Below are positions 17,766-27,331 of a stretch of 64,000 nt of DNA, piece after piece. The DNA is from an uncultured Chloroflexia bacterium. GTDB taxonomy: Bacteria > Chloroflexota > Chloroflexia > Thermomicrobiales > UBA6265. Numbering within the stretch: the first letter of the stretch is position 1; the number at the start of each line of letters is the position of its first letter. The translations under genes were made by a program, and so were the position numbers. The DNA is taken from positions 736,001 through 800,000 of the forward strand of contig CAVRUC010000007.1 in the NCBI GenBank assembly GCA_963724295.1. Reading direction: 5' to 3'. Below the pieces are notes generated by a model. That model saw only the letters and a list, made by a program, of their open reading frames with translations, did no database searches and was not told where the DNA came from.

Positions 17766-19313
17766 ATGGAGCTGAGCTCAACCGACCGTCGTGCGCTCGG
17801 GGCTGCCCTGCTGGCGGTGCTGCTGGGCGCCCTCGATCTCACGGTCATCGCCACCATCCTGCCCGGGATGGTGACCGACCTTCGCATCAACGCCGCCGAC
17901 GTCGATCGCTACGTCTGGATCGTCAACAGCTACCTCCTTGCATACATCGTAGCGATTCCCGTGGTCGGCAGGCTCTCGGATATCGTCGGCAGGACGCTTG
18001 CGTTCCAGGCATCGCTGGCGCTGTTTCTTGTCGGCTCAATCGTCTGTGCCTTCGCGGGCGACCTGCCAGGCATGGTCGCGGGGCGAGCCATCCAGGGCGC
18101 GGGCGGCGGCGCGCTGCTGCCGGTGACGATGGCCATGGTCGGCGATCTTCTCCCTCCCGGCAGGCGGGCCGCCGCGCTCGGTGTCGTGGGCGCGGTCGAT
18201 ACGTTGGGATGGGTTCTGGGGCCGATTTGGGGCGCCGCCCTGGTCGAGGTTGCCCCGGGTCAGGATCCCTGGCGCTGGGTATTCATCGTCAACGTCCCCC
18301 TCGCCGTCGCGGCCGCTGTGGCCATCGGTCGTGTTGGCGGGGCCAGATCTCCGTTTGAGCCGGGGTGGGCTAGCCGGTTGGATATGCCGGGAGCGCTCCT
18401 CCTCGCCGGGACCTTGCTTGCGCTGAACCTCGGGCTATCGGCGGGGGGCGAGCTCGGCGCGCCGGCAGGAGGAGCGCGCGCACTCGGCGGATCGCGCAAT
18501 CCCGTCGCCGAAATCGTGCTTCCGCTGCTGGGGGTGGCGGTCGTGCTCGGTGTGCTCTTCGTGTGGCAGCAACGTCGCGCTGAATGGCCTCTCCTCCCGG
18601 TGACCCTGTTCGGCGATCGCCAATTCTCGGCCGCTATCGCGGCGAATTTCCTTGTCGGCGCATCATTGATCGTGGCCATGGTCGACATCCCGGTGATCAC
18701 GGCGATGCTGGTCGATCAGGCGTCGGTGAGCCGCGTATCCGCGTTGATGCTGGCTCCCTTCACTATCTTGATCGCGCTCCTCTCGTTGGCAGGCGGGCGG
18801 ATCGTGTCACGGGTCGGATTTCGGCAGACGGCGTCGCTCGGGCTGGTGCTGGTCGCCATCGGCTACGCCGCGCTCTGGCTAGGGCTGCGCGGCGGCGCGC
18901 TGATCGGCATGGTTCCCGGTCTCGTGCTCGCGGGAGCCGGCTTCGGTCTGGTGTTCGCACCGATTGGCGCGACTGCGATCGACGCCGCACCGGACCCCGA
19001 TCGGGGCATTGCCGCGGCCATGACCCTCGTCTTTCGCCTGCTGGGGATGACGATCGGGATCTCGACGCTGACCGCGATCGCGGTGCGCCGCCTGCAAGGC
19101 CTGGTCGGGAACCTGGGGGAGGTCGTGCAGGCTCCCAATGAGAGCACCACTGATTTCCTGGCGCGGCAAACGGCACTCCTCTACGAAACGGTCCTGCCGG
19201 TGAGTCTGCAGGTCGCACGTGAGACGTTCCTTCTGGCCGGCGCAATTGCGCTCTTGGGTCTGATTCCGGTGGCGTTCTTTTCCAACCGCCCATCGTCCCG
19301 AGCGGCGCGGTGA
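17766..19313 (+). CDS. 14-TM MFS (DHA2) transporter, P55/Rv1410c-like
   Basis: 'LAVLLGALD', 'WIVNSYLLAYI..P..GRLSDIVGR', 'GRAIQG.GGGALLP', 'WRWVFIVNVP'; long amphipathic loop before the last TM. Confidence 0.9.
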   Translation: MELSSTDRRALGAALLAVLLGALDLTVIATILPGMVTDLRINAADVDRYVWIVNSYLLAYIVAIPVVGRLSDIVGRTLAFQASLALFLVGSIVCAFAGDLPGMVAGRAIQGAGGGALLPVTMAMVGDLLPPGRRAAALGVVGAVDTLGWVLGPIWGAALVEVAPGQDPWRWVFIVNVPLAVAAAVAIGRVGGARSPFEPGWASRLDMPGALLLAGTLLALNLGLSAGGELGAPAGGARALGGSRNPVAEIVLPLLGVAVVLGVLFVWQQRRAEWPLLPVTLFGDRQFSAAIAANFLVGASLIVAMVDIPVITAMLVDQASVSRVSALMLAPFTILIALLSLAGGRIVSRVGFRQTASLGLVLVAIGYAALWLGLRGGALIGMVPGLVLAGAGFGLVFAPIGATAIDAAPDPDRGIAAAMTLVFRLLGMTIGISTLTAIAVRRLQGLVGNLGEVVQAPNESTTDFLARQTALLYETVLPVSLQVARETFLLAGAIALLGLIPVAFFSNRPSSRAAR

Positions 19314-19379
19314 GGTAGCCGGTTCCTGCCAGGCGTACAATGCGCGCCGCGTCGGTCGTCGTCTCCGGCGGAGGAGGTC

Positions 19380-20825
19380 ATGCCCAAATCGGTTGTCCTT
19401 GGCGTCGACTCGAGCACCCAGTCGACGAAAGTCATCGCCGTCGATCTCGAGTCAGGTGAGGTCGCAGGCGAGGGCCGCGCTCCGCACAGCGGCCTGGACA
19501 TTCAGGATCCAGCGGAGTGGTGGGACGCGCTGGTGGCCGCAACGCGGGCGGCCGTCTCGCCTGACATGCAGGTCGCGGCCATGAGTGTCGGCGCCCAACA
19601 GCACGGCATGGTCACCCTCGATGCCGATTACGGGGTCATCCGTCCGGCGCCGCTCTGGAACAACGTCGACGCCGCTCCCGACGCCGAACGTCTCAATGCC
19701 CTGGCCGACTTCGGCCGGGAGGTTGGGACGCGCCTGGTCGCTTCGATCACTATCGCCAAGCTTGCTCACCTGGCGCGGACCTCGCCGGAAGATCTGGCGC
19801 GCACGACAGCGGTCGGGTTGCCGCACGATTGGCTCAACTTGCGGCTGACCGGAAACCTCGTCACCGACCGGGGCGAGGCGTCTGGTTCCGGCTGGTGGTC
19901 ACCACGGGACAATCGCGAACGGCGCGACCTGCTGGCGCTCGCGGTCGGAGCGGAGACGGCGGCACGGCTGCGCCTGCCGGAGGTTCACGGACCGGAGGAA
20001 ACCGCCGGCACGCTCCGGGACGACGCCGCGGCAACGCTCGGTCTGCCAGCAGGGATCCCGGTCGGACCGGGAACGGGCGACAACATGGCGGCGGCACTGG
20101 GGGTGGGCGCCGCGCCCGGGGAGATCGTGGTCAGCCTCGGCACCAGCGGCACCGCGTTTGGCGTCAGTCTGGAGCCGATCATCGACGAGACCGGGGAAGT
20201 GGAAGGCTTCGCCGATGCCACGGGCCGCTTCCTGCCGCTGGTCTGCATGCTCAATTGCACCCGCGTCGTCGACTCCGTCTCGGCCATGGTGGGACTGCCG
20301 CGGGAGGACGCGCTGGCCCGGGCGGCGTCAGTGCCGCCGGGTGCGGGCGGGCTGCTCCTGATGCCGTACCTGACCGGGGAGCGGACGCCGAACCTGCCGC
20401 GGGCAACTGGCTCGATTGCCGGATTGACCGCCGAGAACGCCACCCCGGAGTTCATGGTGCGGGCGGCACTCGATGGCGTAGCGGCGGGTCTGGCCTACGC
20501 GGTCGAGGTCTTGTCGCGTCTGGGGATCGCCGCGCCGGAGATCACGCTGGTTGGGGGAGGCAGTCAGCACCCGGCCTGGCGACAGGCGATCGCCGACGCG
20601 ACCGGTCTGCCCGTCGTCGTCCGCGGTGGAAGGGAACACGCCGCGCGGGGAGCGGCCATCCAAGCGATGGCCATCGCCCGCCAGGAGCCCCTCGACGCGG
20701 TGGTGTCACGATGGCGTCCCGAGGTCGTCGCGCGCATCGAGCCGCGACCCGAGTTTCGCGAGGCCTTCCGCCTCGAGGAACGACGCCACATGATCGACGA
20801 GTTGAAGGTCGGACAGCCGATCTAG
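19380..20825 (+). CDS. xylB: Xylulokinase (FGGY family)
   Basis: 'GVDSSTQSTK', 'GAQQHGMV', 'LWN', 'LPHDWL', 'TDRGEASG', 'GTGDNMAAALG', 'GFADATG', 'GERTP'. Confidence 0.85.
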   Translation: MPKSVVLGVDSSTQSTKVIAVDLESGEVAGEGRAPHSGLDIQDPAEWWDALVAATRAAVSPDMQVAAMSVGAQQHGMVTLDADYGVIRPAPLWNNVDAAPDAERLNALADFGREVGTRLVASITIAKLAHLARTSPEDLARTTAVGLPHDWLNLRLTGNLVTDRGEASGSGWWSPRDNRERRDLLALAVGAETAARLRLPEVHGPEETAGTLRDDAAATLGLPAGIPVGPGTGDNMAAALGVGAAPGEIVVSLGTSGTAFGVSLEPIIDETGEVEGFADATGRFLPLVCMLNCTRVVDSVSAMVGLPREDALARAASVPPGAGGLLLMPYLTGERTPNLPRATGSIAGLTAENATPEFMVRAALDGVAAGLAYAVEVLSRLGIAAPEITLVGGGSQHPAWRQAIADATGLPVVVRGGREHAARGAAIQAMAIARQEPLDAVVSRWRPEVVARIEPRPEFREAFRLEERRHMIDELKVGQPI

Positions 20826-22390
20826 CCGCGCTTGCGGATCGGTCGTGGCACGATCCTCGGTCCGACGCTTGCCTTGTACCAGTCGCCGAGCCGGTGGCTA
20901 ACGCCGATGACCGGTGCGTAGGCGTCCCGGAAGAGTTCGTAGAGCTCTTCATATCGGCTGTGCATCGCCGCGTTCGGTTCCGTTGCCGGACCGTAGCGGG
21001 CCCAGCGTTGCGCGGTCTCGACCGGATCAAGCTCACGAATACCGGCGGCCGCCAGGAGCGCGGCGCCCATGGCGGCTTGATCCGTGGTAGCCAGCGCATA
21101 AACGGGGAGCCCGAACATGTCGGCGACCATCTGCCGCCAGAAGGGGCTGCGCGAGCCACCACCAGCCATGACGATCCGTTCCGGGTGTGCGCCAGCATCC
21201 TGGAGCGCCGCGAAGGCATCCCGGCAGGCGAAGGTGACACCCTCCATCACCGCCCGCACCACATCACCGTGGTCGTGATGGGCAGCCAGCCCGAGAAACG
21301 CCCCCCGCGCCCCGGGATCCATGTGTGGCGTGCGCTCGCCAACCAGATAGGGCAGGAACAAGAGACCCCGAGCGCCAAGAGGAGCCTTTGCTGCCCAGCC
21401 GGTCATCCGTTCATAGGCGCCCGCCGCCGGCAGTTGCAGCATCTCGTCGCGCAGCCAGCGCAGCGCCATGCCGGCGACGAGGGTGGCCCCCATCCGGTAC
21501 CACCCGGGATGTCCCCACCCCGGCTCCAGTGCTGAGCAAAAGGCGTGAGTGCGGCCGGCGAGATCGGGATGGAAGCCTCTGTCCGGGACCATGACCTGGG
21601 CGCCGGTGCTCAGCGAGAGCAGCATCGTCTCCGGCTCGACGATGCCCGCACCCAGCAGTCCACTCGGCGCATCCCCTGTCCCGGTGACGACGGGTATTCC
21701 CGGCGGAAGCCCGAGCGCCGCCGCCGCGTCAGGTGTGATCTCACCAGCAACCGCGCTCGAGGGCTTGACCGGTGGCAGCAGGATGCTGGGAATCTCCACC
21801 GCGTCGAGCAGATCGGGGGACCAGTTGCGCCAGCGCGCGTCGAACAGCAACGAAGCCGAGCCGTCGCCGGGATCGGTCGCGGTGGCCCCGGTCATGCGGC
21901 GCCGGATCTCATCCTTGGGCGAGAGCACCCGTTTCGTTCGCCACCAGATCGAGGCTCCTTCCTCGCGCATCCAGACTGCCGTGGCCGCCATGAAACCGGT
22001 CGCCAGCGGGCTGCCGGCGATCTCGATCAGCCGCTGAGCGCCGACCTTGGCGGTCACGTCGGACGCCTGGCGGGACGACCGCTGGTCGGCCCAGATGACC
22101 GCCGGAGTGAGCACCCGTTCGTTCTCTCCGAGAAAGACCGCGCCGTGCATCTGTCCGGAGAAGCCAACCCCGCCGATCGAGACGCCTGTGCCCGACCACC
22201 CGACGGCCTGTTGCACCGCGGTGCAGGTCGCCTCCCACCACGCGTCCGGGTCCTGCTCCGCCCAGCCGGGTTGCGGCCGCAGAACCGGGTATTCGGCGCT
22301 CCCCGTGCCACGCACGGTCCCGTCGGGGTCGACCACCAGCACTTTGACCGAGGACGTGCCAAGATCGATGCCCAGAAATGCCTCGCTCAT
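20822..22390 (-). CDS. FGGY-family carbohydrate kinase (xylulokinase-like)
   Basis: 'GIDLGTSSVK', 'FSGQMHG', 'IWADQR', 'PKD', 'YLVGERTPH', 'GGGSRS..W.Q'. Confidence 0.9.
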   Translation of the reverse strand: MSEAFLGIDLGTSSVKVLVVDPDGTVRGTGSAEYPVLRPQPGWAEQDPDAWWEATCTAVQQAVGWSGTGVSIGGVGFSGQMHGAVFLGENERVLTPAVIWADQRSSRQASDVTAKVGAQRLIEIAGSPLATGFMAATAVWMREEGASIWWRTKRVLSPKDEIRRRMTGATATDPGDGSASLLFDARWRNWSPDLLDAVEIPSILLPPVKPSSAVAGEITPDAAAALGLPPGIPVVTGTGDAPSGLLGAGIVEPETMLLSLSTGAQVMVPDRGFHPDLAGRTHAFCSALEPGWGHPGWYRMGATLVAGMALRWLRDEMLQLPAAGAYERMTGWAAKAPLGARGLLFLPYLVGERTPHMDPGARGAFLGLAAHHDHGDVVRAVMEGVTFACRDAFAALQDAGAHPERIVMAGGGSRSPFWRQMVADMFGLPVYALATTDQAAMGAALLAAAGIRELDPVETAQRWARYGPATEPNAAMHSRYEELYELFRDAYAPVIGVSHRLGDWYKASVGPRIVPRPIRKRG

Positions 22391-22403
22391 GGGGCGACTC
22401 GAC

Positions 22404-23954
22404 TCACTTGAGGTCCCGGCCGGTGGGAGTCGTTGCCTGGAGATCGCTGATCGTCTGACTCAACGGCGCGACGGAGGGGTAGAACCGCTGGTACACCTCG
22501 CGAAAGATGGTCTCATAGACGGGCACCTCGCTCGGCTCTGGCGCGATCTCCTGTTGACCGTAGCGCATCGCGCCAACCGCGTCGTCGACGCTTTCGTACA
22601 CGCCCGCGCCGAGTCCACCTAACAGTGCCGCGCCCAGGGCAGTCGCCTCCTCCGCGTTGACGACGTGATGGTTGAGATTGCTCACCGACGCCTTGACGCG
22701 CATCAGGAGCGGGTTTCGCGTGCCGCCGCCGATAGCGACCACCGATTGTGGCGGCGTGACCTGCGGATAGGCTAGCAGCGGCTCCAGCGTATTGCGGCTC
22801 TCTAGCGCCAGACCCTCGAAGATGGCGCGGGTCACGGCGTCGCGACCGGCATCCATGGTGAGACCGATCAGCGCCCCCCGCGACCGCGGGTCGTCGTACG
22901 GCGGGCTCGCTAGTCTCAGGTGAGGCAGAAACAGGACGCCCAGGCTGCCGGCCGGAACACGCTCCGCGCCGGCGATCAGCTCCTCGTACGCAACCGGATC
23001 GTCGGAAGCGCCAAGGAGATCGCGCAGCCATTCGATGCTGGCGCCCGAGGTGTACTGGCCGGCGAACGCGTAGTAGCCCCCGCCGACCACGTGCGCCCCC
23101 TGGGTGTAGCCCTGGCGTCCGGCCTCGAGCGCGACCAACGGCTGCTCGGTCGGCAGAAACAGCGCCTCGGCCGTCCCCAGCGAATTGAGCATCTGCCCTG
23201 GCCGCGTGACTCCGGCCGCGAGCGCACCGCAGACATGGTCGTGTCCGCCGGATGCCACGACGGCTGTTACCGGGAGACCCGTCAGCGCAGCGGCGTCGGC
23301 CGTAACATGCCCAAGCGGCGTGCCCCCTGGCACCAGCGGCGCCAGCCGATTCAGATCGATCTCGGCCTGGGCGAGGGTTTCCTCGTGCCAGCGCTTCTGG
23401 TGCAGGTCGAGCATCAGCGTTCGCGAGGCCAGGGACAGGTCGGTTGCGCCTTCTCCGCTCAGCCGGTAGGCGATGAAATCGGCGAGCATCAGCCAGCGCG
23501 CCGATCGCGCCCAGGCGTCAGGCTCGTGCTCTCGATGCCAGAGCAGTTTGTTCAACGAGAAGATGGGTTGCAGCGAGAGGCCCGAGCGGGCGAACAGCTC
23601 GTCCTTACCGATCCGTTCCGAGAGCCACCTGGCTTGCGGACGCGTGCGGATATCGAACCAGGCGATGCAGTCGGTGGTCGCCGCTCCAGTCGCATCCACC
23701 AGCACGCCGGACTCGCCGACCGACGCGACCGCGACCGACGCGATCTGCTCAGGATTGGGCAGATCGGCGAGCGCGCCGCGAATCGCCCTGACAACGGTCT
23801 GCCACAGCTCGTCCGGGCGGTAGAACGCCCATCCTGGGCGCGGGATATGGGTTGGCGTTGGCAGAGACGAAGCGCCGGCCGCGGTGCCGTCGGTCCGGTA
23901 GACGACCGCCTTGACGCTCGTCGTGCCGACGTCCAGCCCGAGCAGGAGCGTCAC
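22404..23954 (-). CDS. FGGY-family carbohydrate kinase (fuculo/rhamnulokinase-like)
   Basis: 'GLDVGTTSVK', 'SVGES', 'IAWFD.R', 'SLASRT', 'GGHDH', 'SLGTAE', 'GGGTRN'. Confidence 0.9.
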   Translation of the reverse strand: MTLLLGLDVGTTSVKAVVYRTDGTAAGASSLPTPTHIPRPGWAFYRPDELWQTVVRAIRGALADLPNPEQIASVAVASVGESGVLVDATGAATTDCIAWFDIRTRPQARWLSERIGKDELFARSGLSLQPIFSLNKLLWHREHEPDAWARSARWLMLADFIAYRLSGEGATDLSLASRTLMLDLHQKRWHEETLAQAEIDLNRLAPLVPGGTPLGHVTADAAALTGLPVTAVVASGGHDHVCGALAAGVTRPGQMLNSLGTAEALFLPTEQPLVALEAGRQGYTQGAHVVGGGYYAFAGQYTSGASIEWLRDLLGASDDPVAYEELIAGAERVPAGSLGVLFLPHLRLASPPYDDPRSRGALIGLTMDAGRDAVTRAIFEGLALESRNTLEPLLAYPQVTPPQSVVAIGGGTRNPLLMRVKASVSNLNHHVVNAEEATALGAALLGGLGAGVYESVDDAVGAMRYGQQEIAPEPSEVPVYETIFREVYQRFYPSVAPLSQTISDLQATTPTGRDLK

Positions 23955-24014
23955 CCCAGGGCTACCTCTTCATCCTGCCTGGCGAGCGTACGGGCCGCAA
24001 TTCACCGGCCGCGC

Positions 24015-24839
24015 TTAGGTCAGTACGGCCTGGGGACGATGAATAACATCCCGCAGGAACCCGCACATGGCGACCGGGTCGTCCGCCTGCCAGACATTGC
24101 GGCCGTAGACGACGCCCCTCGCGCCCGAGTCGAGCGCGGCGCGCGTCGCCTCCAGCACGACTTCGGGATCTGACGAGCGTACACCGCCCAGGACCAGGAC
24201 CGGCACCGGGCACCCCTCGACCACCTGGCGCATCGTTTCCGGATCGCCGGTATAGGCAGTCTTGATTGCGTCCGCGCCAAACTCGGCGGCCACACGGGCC
24301 CCGAACGCCAGCAGCTCCGGGTCCCGCTTGTCTTCGATGCGGGATCCCCACAGCACTGACTCCACAATGACCGGAATGCCCACACGCCGCGCCGCCTGAA
24401 TATTCGCCGCAACCTGGCGCGCGTTGCTGGAGAACGTGGCGCCGTCCGCGGTGCCAACAATCAGGAACATGGTGATCGCGCCGGCGCCCATGGCCAGCGC
24501 ATCCTCCGGCGAGCAGATCACTTCATAGTGCTCGCCCTGCCGGGGATCCTGGAGAAGTGCCGGCAACCCCGGATAGACCTCGCCGTTGTAGATCCAGTCC
24601 GCCCGTACGATCGGGACCGGCGATCCATGACTCGCAAAGAGTTGGCCGCCAATCTTCATCGTTCCTGGTGAGATCAGCACGCCGTTGGGATTGCCGGCAA
24701 TGATGCGCTCCAGTCCTCCCAGAACGCTTTCCGAGCCCGGTTTGGGACCAAGGGTCAGGCCATGGTCAAACGCCGCGATGAAGGATCGCCCGCTCTCGCG
24801 GTCGAAGAGTTGGCCGAGTCGAATCTCCGCGCCGTTCAC
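24015..24839 (-). CDS. Class I aldolase (DeoC/FbaB/LsrF-like)
   Basis: 'AFDHG', 'PEDAL.MGA', Schiff-base 'GADAIKTAY', 'PVLVLGG', 'GARG..YGRNVWQ'. Confidence 0.88.
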   Translation of the reverse strand: MNGAEIRLGQLFDRESGRSFIAAFDHGLTLGPKPGSESVLGGLERIIAGNPNGVLISPGTMKIGGQLFASHGSPVPIVRADWIYNGEVYPGLPALLQDPRQGEHYEVICSPEDALAMGAGAITMFLIVGTADGATFSSNARQVAANIQAARRVGIPVIVESVLWGSRIEDKRDPELLAFGARVAAEFGADAIKTAYTGDPETMRQVVEGCPVPVLVLGGVRSSDPEVVLEATRAALDSGARGVVYGRNVWQADDPVAMCGFLRDVIHRPQAVLT

Positions 24840-24945
24840 GATTCAAAGGCCTCCTGTGACGCGGGATTCGTGTCGCCGCGCCGGACTAGCTTGGGAAGCC
24901 CTTGCCTCATGCACATACCGCCGATCGGTCGGGACTTCGGGGCGG

Positions 24946-24974
24946 ATCATAGGCCGGTCACCTATGAGCGTCAA
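24946..24974 (-). promoter_or_regulatory. Sigma70 promoter of the aldolase-kinase operon with overlapping inverted repeat
   Basis: TTGACG-N17-TATGAT on the minus strand; TCATAGG-N7-CCTATGA at 24947-24967. Confidence 0.7.
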
Positions 24975-25035
24975 TGTCCGATCGACCCGCGCCTTGCCCT
25001 TGCAGCAATCGCACCACTGTTAGAATGCCAGGGCA

Positions 25036-26149
25036 ATGCCGGACGACACCATTGCCCTGGAAAGAACGCGAGACACCCGCGAGCGGGCGGAAATCGAGCT
25101 TGCCGTGGCCGCGCTCCATCCGGAGCGATTTGGGCTGCGGCGTCACCGTGACGGCTGGCGGAAGTCCATTGCCGGGCTTGGCAACGTGGTTTTTGCGCCA
25201 CTCGGCTGGCAGCATGCGCAATGCGCCTCATACGATCTCCATGAGGTCGACGGGGCCAGGGAGCCGCTCGATGCGCTGCGGTTTCTGGTTCGCCTCCAGG
25301 CGCGGGTCTGGGGCATGCCGCCGGAAGAGCTCGTCCCGGTCAACATCCTGGCCATCCTCCCCGACACGGGGGGCTCGGTCATCGTCGCCTATCGGGAAGA
25401 CCTGGGGTTCAACGCCGACGGCTGGCTAGGATTTGTCATCGCGGCTGGGGGCCGCTCCGGCACCCTCGTCTCCCACATGCTCGGCGTGCGCGAGGAGCAG
25501 CGGGGCACGCGCGACCTCGGTTGGCATCTCAAGCTCCTCCAGGGGTATGAAGCGCTGCGGGCAGGTCACCGCTCGGCCGTCTGGACGTTTGATCCGATGC
25601 GCGGCGCGAACGCTCGTCTCAATCTCGAAAAGCTCGGCGCGACTGTCCGCGAGCTGACGCTCGACAAATACGGGGTGCTCAGGAGCGACCTGTACGGCAA
25701 CGTGCCGAGCGATCGCTTCACCGCATACTGGGATCTCGTTTCCGCGACCACGCATGGCCGGATCGAGGACGTGCGAACCGAGCGTTATCTGGGACCGGAT
25801 CCGGAGCTGGTGCGCGCCCTCCCGGAGATCACCCAGGACAACGCCGAGGAGTTGGTGAAGACGGCTCCTCCCGCCGCTCGCTACCGGATTCCGGCCGACA
25901 TCGATGACTTGATGGCCGCGGACGACCGCCGGGCAAACAGCTGGCGCTCCGAGATGCGCGCCGCGCTCTCACCCTTCATGACGATCAAGTCGGCGCGCGT
26001 GGCACGGACGCCCGATGCCGCGCCCATAGAGATCGGCGTCGAACTTGCGGCCGGGCGCGTATGACGTGGTCGCGTTCGCGACAGACGTGCGATCTCCGGG
26101 TGACCGCGAAAACTGGTACGTCCTTCGTCGCCGCGGCGGCCAGGCGTAA
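25036..26149 (+). CDS. GNAT-like N-succinyl/acyltransferase (apparent +1 frameshift near 26050)
   Basis: 'LVSHMLGV', 'LG..LKL.Q', 'WTFDPM...NA.LN..KLGA', 'PSDRF...W'; the expected C-terminus 'YDVVAF...WYVL' continues in another frame to TAA 26147-26149; extended -10 TGtTAGAAT at 25018-25026. Confidence 0.8.
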
Positions 26150-26169
26150 CGAGCCGAAAGGCTGTTGCC

Positions 26170-27327
26170 GTGCAGACCTCGATCTCGAGCATCACCGTCC
26201 GCCGCGTGCCGCTTCGGCTCCGGCAGCCGTTCACGACGTCGTTTGGCACCTATGAGACGTTGGATCGCCCGTTCGTGGTGATCGAGACGAGCGACGGTCT
26301 GCGCGGGGTGGGCGAGGTTCCGACTTTGCTCGACCCGGCCTACAAGGCCGAAGTTGACGCGCCAGCCGTGTTGACGTCGCTGCGCGAGTTCATCGTGCCA
26401 AGCGTGGAGCGCTTTCAGCGGGAGCAGGGTCCGATCGACTCGATCTCCGCGCTGCGCGAGAGCTACGCGTGGGTCAAAGGCGCGGTCTTCGCCAAGAGCG
26501 GTGTCGAGGCCGCGATGTGGGACATCGTGGCCCAACGCAGCGGCGAGCCACTGTGGCGTTTGTGGGGCGGCGAGCGCCGCACATTCCCGGTCGGCGTGAG
26601 TATCGGCGGCAAGACCGAAGCACAGGTGCTCGATCTGGCCGAGCAGGCAGTCGCGCTCGGCTATGGCCGCCTGAAAGTGAAGATCTGGCCGGGGTTCGAC
26701 GACGAGATCGCCAGGGCGGTGCGTCGCCGATTCCCCGATATCCTCCTTCAGGTCGATGCCAACTCGGCCTACACCATGGCCAACTGGCGTCGTCTTCAGG
26801 CGCTGGACGATCTCGATCTGCTGCTCATCGAGCAGCCGCTTTTCGACGACGACATCGTGCTGCACAGCGAGATTTCCCGCGAGTTGCGGACACCGGTCTG
26901 CCTCGACGAAAGCATCCACTCCCTGCGCGACGCCCAGGCGGCGGCCACGCTCTGGGAGCGGAACGACGCGCTCGACCGCCTGATCGTCAATATCAAGCCA
27001 CCGCGGGTCTCGGGCTTCGCGGAAGCGATCGCCATCGCGCGCTTTTGTCAGGAGAAGGGAATTCAGACCTGGATCGGCGGGATGCTCGATTCGGCCTGGG
27101 GCAAGGCCATGAATCTCAATTTCAACGGCCTGCCCGAGATCGCACTTCCCGGAGACCACTTCTCACCCGGTGGGGCCTATTTCGTCGAGGACGTCACCGA
27201 GTCGCCACTCGTGGCCGAGGCAGGTCAGTTCGCGCTCGGCGACGGCGTCTCAGCCGGCGTCGCCTTCGACTGGCCGCGGTTCGAGCGCATGGGTCCGGTC
27301 GTTTGTCGGATGGACTTGATCGCCTAA
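26170..27327 (+). CDS. N-succinylamino acid racemase / o-succinylbenzoate synthase (NSAR/OSBS-type enolase superfamily)
   Basis: 'PFTTSFG', 'VGVSIG', 'RLKVKIWPG', 'VDANSAY', 'IEQP', 'CLDESI', 'NIKP.RV.G', 'GGMLD', 'LPGD'. Confidence 0.88.
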   Translation: MQTSISSITVRRVPLRLRQPFTTSFGTYETLDRPFVVIETSDGLRGVGEVPTLLDPAYKAEVDAPAVLTSLREFIVPSVERFQREQGPIDSISALRESYAWVKGAVFAKSGVEAAMWDIVAQRSGEPLWRLWGGERRTFPVGVSIGGKTEAQVLDLAEQAVALGYGRLKVKIWPGFDDEIARAVRRRFPDILLQVDANSAYTMANWRRLQALDDLDLLLIEQPLFDDDIVLHSEISRELRTPVCLDESIHSLRDAQAAATLWERNDALDRLIVNIKPPRVSGFAEAIAIARFCQEKGIQTWIGGMLDSAWGKAMNLNFNGLPEIALPGDHFSPGGAYFVEDVTESPLVAEAGQFALGDGVSAGVAFDWPRFERMGPVVCRMDLIA

Positions 27328-27331
27328 GCGC

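Noticed and set aside
26170..27327. menC of menaquinone synthesis
   Set aside because: No other men genes; the GNAT neighbour points to the N-succinylamino acid racemase role, so no symbol was assigned.
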